In this document: piece after piece, positions 24,798 to 34,322 of the stretch | How positions within the stretch are numbered: the stretch's first letter is position 1 | Layout: each line of letters opens with the position of its first letter | Source: an uncultured Dehalococcoidales bacterium | GTDB lineage: Bacteria > Chloroflexota > Dehalococcoidia > Dehalococcoidales > JAUYDJ01 | Assembly: GCA_964569555.1 (NCBI GenBank) | Contig: CAZMTT010000002.1 | Span: 1-49,868, forward strand | Direction of reading: 5' to 3' | DNA: 49,868 nt | The notes under the pieces: model-generated | What the model was told of the DNA's origin: nothing | Databases searched by the model: none | What the model saw: only the letters and a program-made list of their open reading frames with translations | Translations under genes and position numbers: made by a program

Positions 24798-25659
24798 AGA
24801 GAAACCGGCGCTGAAGCCGTCAACCAGCCCCCCGCCCGGCAAAGAGAGTCAAAATCGGGTAAAGATACGCATTGAAAACCTGTCCCTTGACTTTGGCGGG
24901 GTGAAAGCCCTGGATGATATCAGTCTGGAAATAAAAGAAAACGAAATTCTGGCCATTATCGGCCCCAATGGTGCCGGTAAGACCTGCCTGCTGAATTGCA
25001 TCAGCGGCTTCTACAAGCCGCAAAAGGGCGAGATATATTATGATGCCAGGCGCATCACCCGCATCCGCCCCGACCGGGCGGCCCGGCTCGGTCTGGCGCG
25101 CACCTTCCAGAATATTGAGCTTTATACTGGCCTGAGCACCCTGGACAATATTATGGCCGCCCGGCACGTGCTCATGAAACAGAACTTCCTGGCCAGTTCC
25201 CTCTATTTCGGCTGGGCGCATAGTGAAGAGATTGAACACCGCCGAACGGTGGAGGATATTATCGATTTTCTGGAGATAGAGCCGATTAGAAAAAGGGTGG
25301 TCGGCGTCCTGCCCTACGGCATGCGCAAGCGGGTTGAGCTGGGCCGTGCCCTGGCTCTGGAACCGACCGTGCTGCTCCTTGACGAACCGATGGCGGGCAT
25401 GAATCTGGAGGAGAAAGAGGACATCGCCCGCTTCATCATTGATATCTTCGAGGGGCAGGGGGTTACCTATCCCGAAACGCCGGTGTTAAGGGACGGGGTC
25501 AATTGTATTGTCCTGGTGGAACATGATATGGGGGTGGTGATGGATATCGCCGACCGGGTGGTGGTGCTTGATTTCGGGCGTAAAATCGCCGAAGGTACCC
25601 CTGACCAAATTAGAACTAACCCTGAAGTTATCGCTGCCTATCTGGGCCAAGAGAAATAG
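24787..25659 (+). CDS. livG: Branched-chain-type (HAAT family) ABC transporter ATP-binding protein, LivG-like
   Basis: FGGVKALDDISL, Walker A GPNGAGKT, RTFQNIELY, LLLDEPMAGMN. Confidence 0.9.
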   Translation: MSDKEKPALKPSTSPPPGKESQNRVKIRIENLSLDFGGVKALDDISLEIKENEILAIIGPNGAGKTCLLNCISGFYKPQKGEIYYDARRITRIRPDRAARLGLARTFQNIELYTGLSTLDNIMAARHVLMKQNFLASSLYFGWAHSEEIEHRRTVEDIIDFLEIEPIRKRVVGVLPYGMRKRVELGRALALEPTVLLLDEPMAGMNLEEKEDIARFIIDIFEGQGVTYPETPVLRDGVNCIVLVEHDMGVVMDIADRVVVLDFGRKIAEGTPDQIRTNPEVIAAYLGQEK

Positions 25660-25660
25660 C

Positions 25661-26947
25661 CTATTCCCAGCTTCTTTCATCCACGATTGCCTGGTGCTCT
25701 TCGGGTATGCTCCCCGCTGCCACCAGCTCAATCTTATCCAGCTTCATGCGGCAAATTTCCTGGAACCTTCGGCCCAGGTCATCAGCCAGCTTCTTTTTAT
25801 CTACGGCTTCGCCTTTCAGCTCAGCCTTGAGGGTCATCACGTCCCGATAGGCACTGCGCCCGACTATTATCTGAAATCGGGAGATAGAGCTAAAGCCGGC
25901 CATAGCCTGTTCCGCCTGTCGGGCAACGACGAACATCCCCCTGACTTTAACCGCATCGCTGGTCCGTCCCACGATGCCGGTCAAGCGGTTAGCGGTGCGT
26001 CCGCAGGGGCAGGCTTCGGTGATATAGGCGGACAGGTCACCGGTGCCAAAACGGATAAGCCCCCAGGTCTTGTTATGAATGGGGGTCACCACGATTTCAC
26101 CGGTCTGGTTGGGCCCCATCTGTTTCCCGGTCTCGTGGTCAGCTATTTCAACGACATATTCGTCCATCAGGTGCATGCCCGATTTCTGGCGGCACTCGTA
26201 GGCGATGGCGCCACCCGGCTCGGTAACCGCATAGGCCTGGGCGGTGGCGATGTGATAGTCCTCCTCAAGGGTTACCCTCATTGAGGGCGGCAGCATCTCA
26301 CCGGTGAACCAGGCAAGGCGCAGGGCAAAGTCCCGACTGAAGTTATAGCCCATCTCCTCGGCGCGTTTGATGATGGTCATCAGAAACGAGGGGGTGCCCA
26401 CGAAGCCGCTAACCCTGAGGTCATGCATGGTCTGTATCTGGGTCTCGGTGTTGCCGATGCCCATCGGTATGGCGGTTGCCCCACAATGCTTCAGCGCTTC
26501 GTGAAACAGAATGCCACCCGGTGACATATGATAGGTGAAGGTATTGATGACAATGTCGCCCTTTCTGAAGCCAGCCGCCCAGAAGGACTTGGCGAACCAC
26601 TTGATGCCGGAGTGCTGGATGGGCTCATAAACCGGTCCCGGTGAGATAAAGACGCGTTCCACATCCGGCACGGGAACAGCCAGAAATCCGCCGTAGGGGG
26701 GACTTTTCTTCTGCCACTCAATCAGGTCGGTCTTTCTGATGATGGGCAGCTTTTCCAGGTCTTTTACGGTGCCAATCCGGGCGGGGCTAACCCTGGCCTC
26801 GTCAAACATCTTCTTTACCGTGGCGGCATGGCGGTAGGCGTTAGCTACCGTCCGGGACAGCTGCTGGTTCTGGTATTTCTGCCTGGCCTCCGCCGGCATT
26901 GTCTCCAGTTCATCAAAAAATTCATCTGGCTTAGCTTTTACAGCCAT
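25661..26947 (-). CDS. Phenylacetate-CoA ligase family protein (PaaK-like adenylate-forming enzyme), 428 aa
   Basis: Size and motifs typical of COG1541: LPIIRKTDL, TGEMLPP, IRFGTGDL. Overlaps the end of livF by 10 nt. Confidence 0.8.
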   Translation of the reverse strand: MAVKAKPDEFFDELETMPAEARQKYQNQQLSRTVANAYRHAATVKKMFDEARVSPARIGTVKDLEKLPIIRKTDLIEWQKKSPPYGGFLAVPVPDVERVFISPGPVYEPIQHSGIKWFAKSFWAAGFRKGDIVINTFTYHMSPGGILFHEALKHCGATAIPMGIGNTETQIQTMHDLRVSGFVGTPSFLMTIIKRAEEMGYNFSRDFALRLAWFTGEMLPPSMRVTLEEDYHIATAQAYAVTEPGGAIAYECRQKSGMHLMDEYVVEIADHETGKQMGPNQTGEIVVTPIHNKTWGLIRFGTGDLSAYITEACPCGRTANRLTGIVGRTSDAVKVRGMFVVARQAEQAMAGFSSISRFQIIVGRSAYRDVMTLKAELKGEAVDKKKLADDLGRRFQEICRMKLDKIELVAAGSIPEEHQAIVDERSWE

Positions 26948-27729
26948 CGCTTGCGCCTCTTATAGTGCTTTACTTCCCGGTAGCTCTTCTTGGTGCCCAT
27001 AGCGGACAGGCCCATATAAAATTCTTTGACATCCTCGTTATTGCTCAGGAAATCGGCGGTACCGTCAAGGACAACGCGGCCATTTTCCATCACGTAGCCG
27101 TAGTCGGCGATACTGAGCGCAATTCTGACATTCTGCTCCACCAGCAGCACCGAGGTCTTGTGTTCGGTGTTAAAGCGCCGGATGATGTCGTATATTTCCT
27201 CCACCAGCAGCGGCGCCAGACCGAGCGATGGCTCATCCAGCATCATGAGCTTGGGGGTAGCCATCATAGCCCGACCGATGACCAGCATCTGCTGCTCGCC
27301 TCCCGATAGATAGCCGGCGGTGTTGCGCCGCAGCTCTTTCAGCCGGGGGAAGTAATCATAGACCATCTCCAGGTCCGGCTTCACCCCGCTGCGGTCGCGG
27401 CGGTTAAAAGCCCCCACCAGCAGGTTTTCTTCGGTAGTCAGGTGCTCAAAGACGCGGCGTCCCTCTAAAGCCTGAATAATGCCCAGCTTGCCGATTTCTT
27501 CAGCGCTTTTTTTATCTATCCGGGCACCGTTCCACTCAATGCTGCCATCGGTTACCTCACCTTCCTCAACGTGAAGCAGGCCGGATATCGCCTTGAGGGT
27601 GGTGCTTTTGCCGGCACCATTGGCGCCGAGCAGGGTCACAATCGCCCCATCCTCTACCTCCAGCGAGACACCGTGCAGCACCCGGATAACATTGAGGTAG
27701 GTCACCTCAATGTTATTTAATTTGAGCAT
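26938..27729 (-). CDS. livF: HAAT-family ABC transporter ATP-binding protein, LivF-like
   Basis: Walker A GANGAGKST, LSGGEQQML, MMLDEPSLGLAP. Confidence 0.9.
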   Translation of the reverse strand: MLKLNNIEVTYLNVIRVLHGVSLEVEDGAIVTLLGANGAGKSTTLKAISGLLHVEEGEVTDGSIEWNGARIDKKSAEEIGKLGIIQALEGRRVFEHLTTEENLLVGAFNRRDRSGVKPDLEMVYDYFPRLKELRRNTAGYLSGGEQQMLVIGRAMMATPKLMMLDEPSLGLAPLLVEEIYDIIRRFNTEHKTSVLLVEQNVRIALSIADYGYVMENGRVVLDGTADFLSNNEDVKEFYMGLSAMGTKKSYREVKHYKRRKRWL

Positions 27730-27795
27730 ATCTACCTCTTATTCTTATTCAGGTGGGGGCTCTGCAGTCACAGAGCCCCCACTTAATAATTATGA

Positions 27796-29058
27796 CTACT
27801 TGCCGAACCAGTCAAAGTCCTCGTATTTGACCATGGGTGCTTCCACCCAGCCGCTTATTGGGGTGATTACCCCGTTCTGTATCTGGAAAACCCTGACTGA
27901 CTTGGACAGTCGGTTGTCCCCGGGGGTGTAGCTGACCGGGCCATGAAGACCGCCGATGTCATAGTCTTTGAGCTTCTGAATACCCTGGGTCTCCAGGGCT
28001 CGCCAGGCATCTACATCTCCCTTGGCCAGGGTGTCATAGCCGACATTCCCCACGGCTACCCGCAGAATCTCAGCCATAATCAGGCTCTGCGCCCAGGAGG
28101 TGATGTAGTCCATATTGCCCTCATCTGCGGGGTGGAGATTGCGGCAGTACTCGGTCATCTTAGCCATGCCGGGTACGTCGTCGCCCCAGTTCACGGTGGG
28201 GAACACCCCGTAGACACCCTCGACAATATCGGCGCCGGCGATGTCAACCAGTGCCTTGGTAATACCGGCATGCCCCAGGCCGATGGTTACGCCCGGATAC
28301 AGGCCCAGGTCGTAAGCGTTCTTGATGATAACCGCCGTCGGTGCCGGTGTGCTGGAGATATAGAGCACATCGGGGTTTGATGCCTTAATTCGGGTCAGGG
28401 ACTCCATCTCCGAGGTGGTGGTCGCGGCGTGCTCATCAACCGAGATAATCTCAATACCCAGCTCGTCAGCCTTGGCCTTGAAGGCATCGCGGGCACCGTA
28501 GCCGGTGGGGTTATTCAAGAGGTGCAGGGCAAACTTTGGTTTTCGCGCCTCTTGCCAAATATTTTCCATGAAATAGCTGGCAAAGGCCAGGGCATCGTCA
28601 CCGTAGTCCGGCATCTGGCCGTAGATATGCTGGGGGGGGCGGTACAGGCTGGGGGCGGTGAAAGAAGCCAGCCCGGGAAACTCAGCCCGGTTGGCAATCT
28701 CCATGCTCGCCGACATCATTGCCGAAGAAGAAGTGGCGAACATGAGGCAGCCTTCGTCCATGAATCTATTAACATTGGTGACCACTTTGGCCGCATCATA
28801 GCCATTGTCCAGCCATATCAGCTCAACCGGGTAGCCGGCAGCACCATCGAGTTCGGCATTGACATATTCAATGGCGTCCCGATTGGCGTCCCCCATCGGG
28901 GCTCCCTTTTCGGCTGCCTTGCCGGTTGATGGTGTGGTTATGCCTATCTTCAGTGTCTTGGCTTCGCCGGGAGCACAGGCGCTGCCTAAAGGCAGCATGG
29001 CTACCATCAAGGCGAGGCAGATGAGTCCAGCAAATATCACGAATTTTCGGTTTTTCAT
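27796..29058 (-). CDS. HAAT-family periplasmic substrate-binding protein (LivK-like), 420 aa
   Basis: Signal peptide with Cys (LGSAC), then LKIGITTPSTGKAAEKG, typical of Peripla_BP_6. Confidence 0.85.
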   Translation of the reverse strand: MKNRKFVIFAGLICLALMVAMLPLGSACAPGEAKTLKIGITTPSTGKAAEKGAPMGDANRDAIEYVNAELDGAAGYPVELIWLDNGYDAAKVVTNVNRFMDEGCLMFATSSSAMMSASMEIANRAEFPGLASFTAPSLYRPPQHIYGQMPDYGDDALAFASYFMENIWQEARKPKFALHLLNNPTGYGARDAFKAKADELGIEIISVDEHAATTTSEMESLTRIKASNPDVLYISSTPAPTAVIIKNAYDLGLYPGVTIGLGHAGITKALVDIAGADIVEGVYGVFPTVNWGDDVPGMAKMTEYCRNLHPADEGNMDYITSWAQSLIMAEILRVAVGNVGYDTLAKGDVDAWRALETQGIQKLKDYDIGGLHGPVSYTPGDNRLSKSVRVFQIQNGVITPISGWVEAPMVKYEDFDWFGK

Positions 29059-29149
29059 CTTAATTCCTCCTTGAAGATTTAAGTCAGCCTCCTTTCTGAT
29101 TTAATTCGTTACATTGTAATATATACCTCCTTTTTTGGCTAGTGTTTGA

Positions 29150-30205
29150 CTAGTACGAGAATGGCCACAGGCGATAAGCGGACTTGAACAGGTTCCAGCG
29201 GTGGGCAAGTCCCCGTGGCTCAAGTATCAAAAACAGCACGATTATCAGGCCGAACAGCATCGGGGCGACACCGGTGGCAAATCCGGAGGGCAGGGCGGTG
29301 AAGGTTGACTCCAGCGAGGGCACCACCGCCACGGTTAACACCTGCTGGAGCAGGCGGATGAAGACTACCCCGAAGATAGGTCCCAGGGTGGTGCCCAGAC
29401 CACCGATGATTACCATGCCGATATACAGTATGGATTCGGTCAGGGAAAAGTGCTCGGCGTTCATGAAGCCAATCCAGTGAGCCATCAGTGAGCCGGCTAT
29501 CCCGGCCAGAAAACAGCCGATAAAGAAGGCCAGCAGTTTGTAGTAGAAAATATTGATGCCCATTACCTGGGCGGCCAGGTCGTTGTCCCGTATGGCAATG
29601 AAGGCTCTGCCGACCCTGGTCCGGGCCAGGTTCTTGGCAAAGAAAATAACCAGAATCACGATGCCGATGATGAGATAGAACTGGCTTGCCTCGCCGTGAA
29701 AGGTAAACCCCCCGATAGAAGCCTCGGGCACCGGTATGCCGACGAAGCCGCCGGTTACGGAAGACCAGTGGTTGATGACCCAGATGATGATGAACTGGGC
29801 GGCAATGGTAGTAATCGCCAGATAGAAGCCCTTGACCCGGATTGAGGGAATGCCGAAGATAAGCCCGACCAGTCCCGCCATCAAGCCGGCACAGATTAGG
29901 CCGACCAGGAACGGGAACTCCAGCCGGTGGGTCAGCACCGCTGAGGTATAGGCGCCCACGGCGATGAAGCCGGCGTGACCGACCGATAGCTGCCCGCAGT
30001 AGCCGGTCAGAATATTCAGTCCGGTGGCGGCAATAAGGGTGATGCCAATCAGGTTAGCCACGCTCAGCAGGTAGTTGCTCAGGTAGAGGGGGGCGGTGAG
30101 CAGGAGAACCAGAAAGACAGCCATTAATACCCACTGGGTCTTGGTGCGCAGAATGGCCATGTCCTGGGCATAGGTATAATTGCGCGTTCCACTCGGTAGC
30201 GTCAT
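29150..30205 (-). CDS. livM: HAAT-family ABC permease, LivM-like
   Basis: 351 aa, multi-TM, with GQLSVGHAGFIAVGAYT. Confidence 0.9.
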   Translation of the reverse strand: MTLPSGTRNYTYAQDMAILRTKTQWVLMAVFLVLLLTAPLYLSNYLLSVANLIGITLIAATGLNILTGYCGQLSVGHAGFIAVGAYTSAVLTHRLEFPFLVGLICAGLMAGLVGLIFGIPSIRVKGFYLAITTIAAQFIIIWVINHWSSVTGGFVGIPVPEASIGGFTFHGEASQFYLIIGIVILVIFFAKNLARTRVGRAFIAIRDNDLAAQVMGINIFYYKLLAFFIGCFLAGIAGSLMAHWIGFMNAEHFSLTESILYIGMVIIGGLGTTLGPIFGVVFIRLLQQVLTVAVVPSLESTFTALPSGFATGVAPMLFGLIIVLFLILEPRGLAHRWNLFKSAYRLWPFSY

Positions 30206-30208
30206 AGA

Positions 30209-31096
30209 CTATATCCTCTCGATACGAACCTCGCCAAAAAGCCCGTAGGGCTTGATAATCATAACGATGATAATAATGATAAAGGGTATGATGTCTTTCA
30301 CCCCCGCCCAGCCAATAACCGGGGTAAGATAGCCCCCGCCCAGGTTCTCGCAGAGCCCGATAATCGGTCCGGCGATAATGGCGCCGATAAACGAATCAAG
30401 CCCGCCCAGTATTACCACCGAGAAGGCCTTGAGTCCGGTTTCCACCAGCCCGTAGGTAATGCCACCGATACTGGAGACCAGAATACCGCCGATGGCGGCG
30501 ACGAGGCAGGCAAACATCCATGACCGGGAGAAAATTCGGGTTACCGGGATACCACAGGCCTGAACGGCAAGCTGGTCATCGGCGGTTGCCCTCATGGCGA
30601 TACCCATGCGGTGATAACGGAAGAAGAGGGTGAGCAGGATGAATACTATCAGCGAGATACCGGCTACCCAGACATATTCTTGAGAGACCACCGCCGGGCC
30701 GATATGGATGGGCTGGGTCGGGAAGAAACGGGGCAGGGCGGCCACGCTCTTGGGCCAGATAAGGGTTACCACGCCTTCAATAAAATAGGCCACGCCCAGT
30801 GTTATCGTAATCAGAGATAAAATAGGCTGGGCAATCAGAGGACGCAGGGCGAGTCGCTCGATTACCCAGCCCAACGCTAGCGAGAACAGGATAACCAGGG
30901 GGAAAGCCAGCCACAGGGGGAAATTGGCCTGGACCAGCATTCCGTAGGTAAACCAGGCAGAGAATAATACCAGCTGACCGAGCGCCAGATTGGCGACGCT
31001 GCTCGACTTCCAGACGACGACAAAGCCGAGGGCAATCAGGGCATAAATCATCCCCACCGCCAGACCGCTAATCAGGTACTGCAGTAACTCAGCCAT
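30209..31096 (-). CDS. livH: HAAT-family ABC permease, LivH-like
   Basis: 295 aa, multi-TM, with a LISGLAVGMIYALIALGF start. Confidence 0.9.
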   Translation of the reverse strand: MAELLQYLISGLAVGMIYALIALGFVVVWKSSSVANLALGQLVLFSAWFTYGMLVQANFPLWLAFPLVILFSLALGWVIERLALRPLIAQPILSLITITLGVAYFIEGVVTLIWPKSVAALPRFFPTQPIHIGPAVVSQEYVWVAGISLIVFILLTLFFRYHRMGIAMRATADDQLAVQACGIPVTRIFSRSWMFACLVAAIGGILVSSIGGITYGLVETGLKAFSVVILGGLDSFIGAIIAGPIIGLCENLGGGYLTPVIGWAGVKDIIPFIIIIIVMIIKPYGLFGEVRIERI

Positions 31097-33000
31097 TACG
31101 TCTCTGCCGAAACCTCCCTGACATTGATATCGGTGCTCACCACCCCTTTCCGCCCGTCGCGGTAGGTTACCGGAGCCTTAACCGTGATGCTCTTCCCGTC
31201 CTGATACATGGCGCTGATTAAATCGCGGTAGCGTTCCTCCATAAAGTCCCTTCTCAGCTTTCTGGTCCGGGTGAGTTCAGCTTCATCAGGGTCAAACTCT
31301 TTGTGTAGCAGCACAAATTTTCTGACTCTGGCTGACTCAGGCAGGTAGCTGTTGACCCGGACCATGTCTTTCTGCACCAAATCGGCAACCTCTTTCTTCT
31401 GGGACAAGTCAACAAAGGTGGTGTAGGGGATGTGGTTGCGTTCCGCCCACTTACCGACCATGGTGAAATCTATGTTCAGTATGGCGGAGACGAATTCTTT
31501 GTCTTTGCCGCCGATAACCATAGCATCCTTGATGTAGGGGCTGAACCGGAGCCGCCCCTCAATATACTGCGGGGCATACTTTACCCCCGAACTCAGCTCA
31601 CCCAGGTGCTCCAGACGGTCCATGAAGATGAGGTGTCCCTTCTCATTAATATGGACGGCGTCTCCGGTATGGCACCAGCCGTTTATCAGGGTTTGTTTCG
31701 TTTTTTCGGGGTCTTTGTGATACCCCTTGAACATACAGTCACTTCTCACCAGAAGCTCACCGGCATCGGTTATTCTGACCTCGGTGCCCAGCGCCGGTCG
31801 CCCGACGCTCTCAAAGCTGATTTCCCCCTTGCCGTGTGAGGAGATAAAGCCGGCTTCGGTGCTGGCATAGTTCTGCCTCAGCTCAATACCGATGGCATGG
31901 ATTAGCCGGAAGGTGTCCAGGCTCAGCACCGAGCTCCCGGTGACGGCAAACCTGACCTTGCCCAGCCCCAGCTGGTCTTTGAGCGGCCGGAACAGTAAGA
32001 GATAGGCCAACCGGTAAAGTGCTCGCCAGAACAGGTTGGGGGTCTTGGCTTCGAAATTAATATCCGCAATCTTATGGCCGATGGGCATGAACAGGTGATA
32101 GGCAAAGCGCTTCAGGGGGTGGGCATCAATCATCTTTACCTGAATCTCGCTGACCAGCCCTTCCCACTGTCGGGGGCCGTAAATGGCGAAGTTGGGGCCG
32201 ACCTCGCGGGTATCCTGGGCCAGGGTTTCCGCCTCTTCGGGAAAGTTGAGCCTGGCTCCGGTCAGCAGATGGGGGATGGTGGCAAAGTAGCTGTCACCCA
32301 CCCAGGCCGCCGGAAAGTTGGAAATCAGGTCATCATTCTCATTCAGGGGGTAACGGCTGATAAACCCCTTGGCAGTGGTTATCAGGGACTGATGGGTCAG
32401 TATGGCTCCCTTGGGCAAGCCGGTGGTCCCCGAGGTGTAGTAGATAAAGGCAGTGTCCTCTCCGCTGCCCTTGGCCGCATTCTGTTCAAACAGACCGGGG
32501 TGGGCTGCCTCGTATTTTTTACCCAGTTCGATTACTTCGGTAAAATTGATAAGAATGGGGTCATCATAATTGTGCAGGCCCTTGGGGTCCCAGTAGATGA
32601 CCTTCTTCAGTGAAGGTAACTCGTCTTTAATCTGGAGGAATTTATCGGTCTGTTCCTGGTCATTGACGATGGCAAATTTGGCGTCGGAGTGAGTAGCGAT
32701 GTATTTTACCTCAGATGGAATCGAGTCAACGAAAATTCCGGTGACAATGCCGCCGGCGGCCTGAATGGCGAACTCCCCCCAGAGCCATTCCGGCTCGTTA
32801 TCCCCGATGATGCAGACCACATCCCCCGGTTTCAGACCGAGGCTGATTAGGCCCAGAGAGAAGTGTTTTACCTTCTGGTAGTACTCCCGCCAGCTATACC
32901 TCTGCCAGACGCCGAATTGCTTCATGCACATGGCCGGGCGGTCGCCCCATTTTTCGTAGTTGTGCTGGATGAGCTTTGGGATAGTATCGCACTTTTCCAT
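31096..33000 (-). CDS. AMP-forming acyl-CoA synthetase (long-chain/aryl acid-CoA ligase type), about 634 aa
   Basis: AMP-binding motif YTSGTTGLPKG and GWCHTGD. Start placed at MEKCDTIPK (33000) because the 60-nt upstream extension in the track ORF is occupied by a terminator hairpin. Confidence 0.85.
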   Translation of the reverse strand: MEKCDTIPKLIQHNYEKWGDRPAMCMKQFGVWQRYSWREYYQKVKHFSLGLISLGLKPGDVVCIIGDNEPEWLWGEFAIQAAGGIVTGIFVDSIPSEVKYIATHSDAKFAIVNDQEQTDKFLQIKDELPSLKKVIYWDPKGLHNYDDPILINFTEVIELGKKYEAAHPGLFEQNAAKGSGEDTAFIYYTSGTTGLPKGAILTHQSLITTAKGFISRYPLNENDDLISNFPAAWVGDSYFATIPHLLTGARLNFPEEAETLAQDTREVGPNFAIYGPRQWEGLVSEIQVKMIDAHPLKRFAYHLFMPIGHKIADINFEAKTPNLFWRALYRLAYLLLFRPLKDQLGLGKVRFAVTGSSVLSLDTFRLIHAIGIELRQNYASTEAGFISSHGKGEISFESVGRPALGTEVRITDAGELLVRSDCMFKGYHKDPEKTKQTLINGWCHTGDAVHINEKGHLIFMDRLEHLGELSSGVKYAPQYIEGRLRFSPYIKDAMVIGGKDKEFVSAILNIDFTMVGKWAERNHIPYTTFVDLSQKKEVADLVQKDMVRVNSYLPESARVRKFVLLHKEFDPDEAELTRTRKLRRDFMEERYRDLISAMYQDGKSITVKAPVTYRDGRKGVVSTDINVREVSAET

Positions 33001-33025
33001 AAGGCTAACCCCTGTTTTCCGATAC

Positions 33026-33054
33026 AAAAATGCCTCCCGCCTGGGAGGCATTTT
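33026..33054 (-). terminator. Terminator hairpin 25 nt upstream of the acyl-CoA synthetase start (candidate attenuator)
   Basis: The minus-strand RNA reads aaaaugccuccc-aggc-gggaggcauuuuug. 9-bp GC-rich stem plus U-run. Confidence 0.7.
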
Positions 33055-33209
33055 AGGCATATATTTACTAACTAGACTTGTTTAAGTTTATCGCAACGGC
33101 CCTCCCAAGCGCACCCCGGTGCGCTCGGTAAAGACGAATTTGGCTCTCTCCAAATAGTGCTCGGCAGTTAACATTACCCTCGACCTTCGGCCCGCTTCAA
33201 AGATGGGAT

Positions 33210-33239
33210 AGTTTAGCACAATTAAAAATCCCCTGTCAA
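33210..33239 (-). promoter_or_regulatory. Candidate promoter: TTGACA, 18 nt spacer, TAAACT
   Basis: Minus strand TTGACA (33239-33234) and TAAACT (33215-33210), just downstream of the thioesterase stop. Confidence 0.45.
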
Positions 33240-33254
33240 TATCGGGGCACACGG

Positions 33255-33692
33255 CTACCGGCTGGGGCCTACCGGAATGGTGGTGCCGGTGGCTTTGGCG
33301 ATGAGCTTGCCCGCCTGATTGGTCACCGTCATCTCGGAGAGACCGGCGCGCCGGCCGCTTTTCACCACCCGGCCCTCAGCGGTGAGCTCGTCGTCTTGCC
33401 CGGCACCGGCGATAAAGTGGATATTGAACTGGGAGGCGATGCTGGGGTAAGCCAGGGAATTGGAGGCATAGGCAAAGGCCTGGTCAGCCACCGCCATAAT
33501 GATGCCGCCGAAGACCAGACCGTTGAAGTTCTGGTGTTCGGGATTTAACTTCATGGTTATCCTGGCATAGCCGGGCGACAGCTCTATCAGGCGCATTTTG
33601 AGGAAAGAGGCAATCGGCTCGGCTTTGGCTTTGGCGCTGAGTTCAGCCAGATTATCAGCAGCACTGTTTTCCTGTCCTGACATTTTATTCAT
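33255..33692 (-). CDS. PaaI/4HBT-type hotdog-fold thioesterase, 145 aa
   Basis: NFNGLVFGGIIMAVADQAF and a C-terminal GRRAGLSEMTVTNQAGKLIAKATGT pattern, typical of PaaI-like thioesterases. Confidence 0.8.
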   Translation of the reverse strand: MNKMSGQENSAADNLAELSAKAKAEPIASFLKMRLIELSPGYARITMKLNPEHQNFNGLVFGGIIMAVADQAFAYASNSLAYPSIASQFNIHFIAGAGQDDELTAEGRVVKSGRRAGLSEMTVTNQAGKLIAKATGTTIPVGPSR

Positions 33693-33716
33693 TCCCCCTC
33701 ATATCTTGCTATCTTG

Positions 33717-34322
33717 CTAACCTTCCTTGAGATGGATGCCCGGCATTTCCTTTCTGCCCTGCGTGAAGGCGCTAAGATTGATTTGCTTGAATTTGGCGGG
33801 CAGGTGCTGGGCGATAACTTCCTCCCAGGTACTGATGCTAAAGGGCAGCCGCAGTGAGGCACAGCCCAGCATGAATATATTAAGTGTCCTGATATTGCCC
33901 AGTTCTTTGACCCACTCGGTGCCATTGACCAGATAGAAATTAGTCTTCTGGCGCTTAACCAGTTTGGTTATCTCTTCATCGCCGGGATAAGTTTCATAAC
34001 CGAGAATAACCGTCAGCGGGGGCAGAGCGAGATTATTGGCAATGACCGTCCCCCCGCCGCCGAGGTAGTAAGCCCACCGCGCCGCCTCTAGCTTCTCAAA
34101 GGCGAGCAGCATATCGGCCTCCCCCGGCCTGATTAGGGGGGAGAAGACCTGTTCGGCAACACGCACCTGGCTGACCACGCTGCCGCCCCGCTGCGCCATA
34201 CCTCTGGTGTCGGTCTTCTTGACATCATAGCCGCTGGCCAGGGCTACCTCAGCGATGATATCGCTGGCCAGGATAATCCCCTGACCTCCCATCCCGGCAA
34301 TAAGCAAATCTAGCTTTTTCAC
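33717..34322 (-). CDS. iorB: Indolepyruvate:ferredoxin oxidoreductase subunit beta
   Basis: 201 aa, GMGGQGIILASDIIA...RGGSV pattern. 4-nt overlap with iorA. Confidence 0.85.
   Translation of the reverse strand: MKKLDLLIAGMGGQGIILASDIIAEVALASGYDVKKTDTRGMAQRGGSVVSQVRVAEQVFSPLIRPGEADMLLAFEKLEAARWAYYLGGGGTVIANNLALPPLTVILGYETYPGDEEITKLVKRQKTNFYLVNGTEWVKELGNIRTLNIFMLGCASLRLPFSISTWEEVIAQHLPAKFKQINLSAFTQGRKEMPGIHLKEG

Noticed and set aside
25568-26284. 238-aa plus-strand ORF overlapping the end of livG and the PaaK-like gene
   Set aside because: It is antisense to a well-supported PaaK-family CDS, the sequence is low-complexity and Gly/Pro/His-rich, and there are no start signals.
33001-33060. N-terminal 20-codon extension of the acyl-CoA synthetase (track start 33060)
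   Set aside because: The extension (MPKMPPRREAFL...) is encoded by the two arms of a 9-bp GC hairpin with flanking A and U runs. The family-typical N-terminus begins at MEKCDTIPK (33000).
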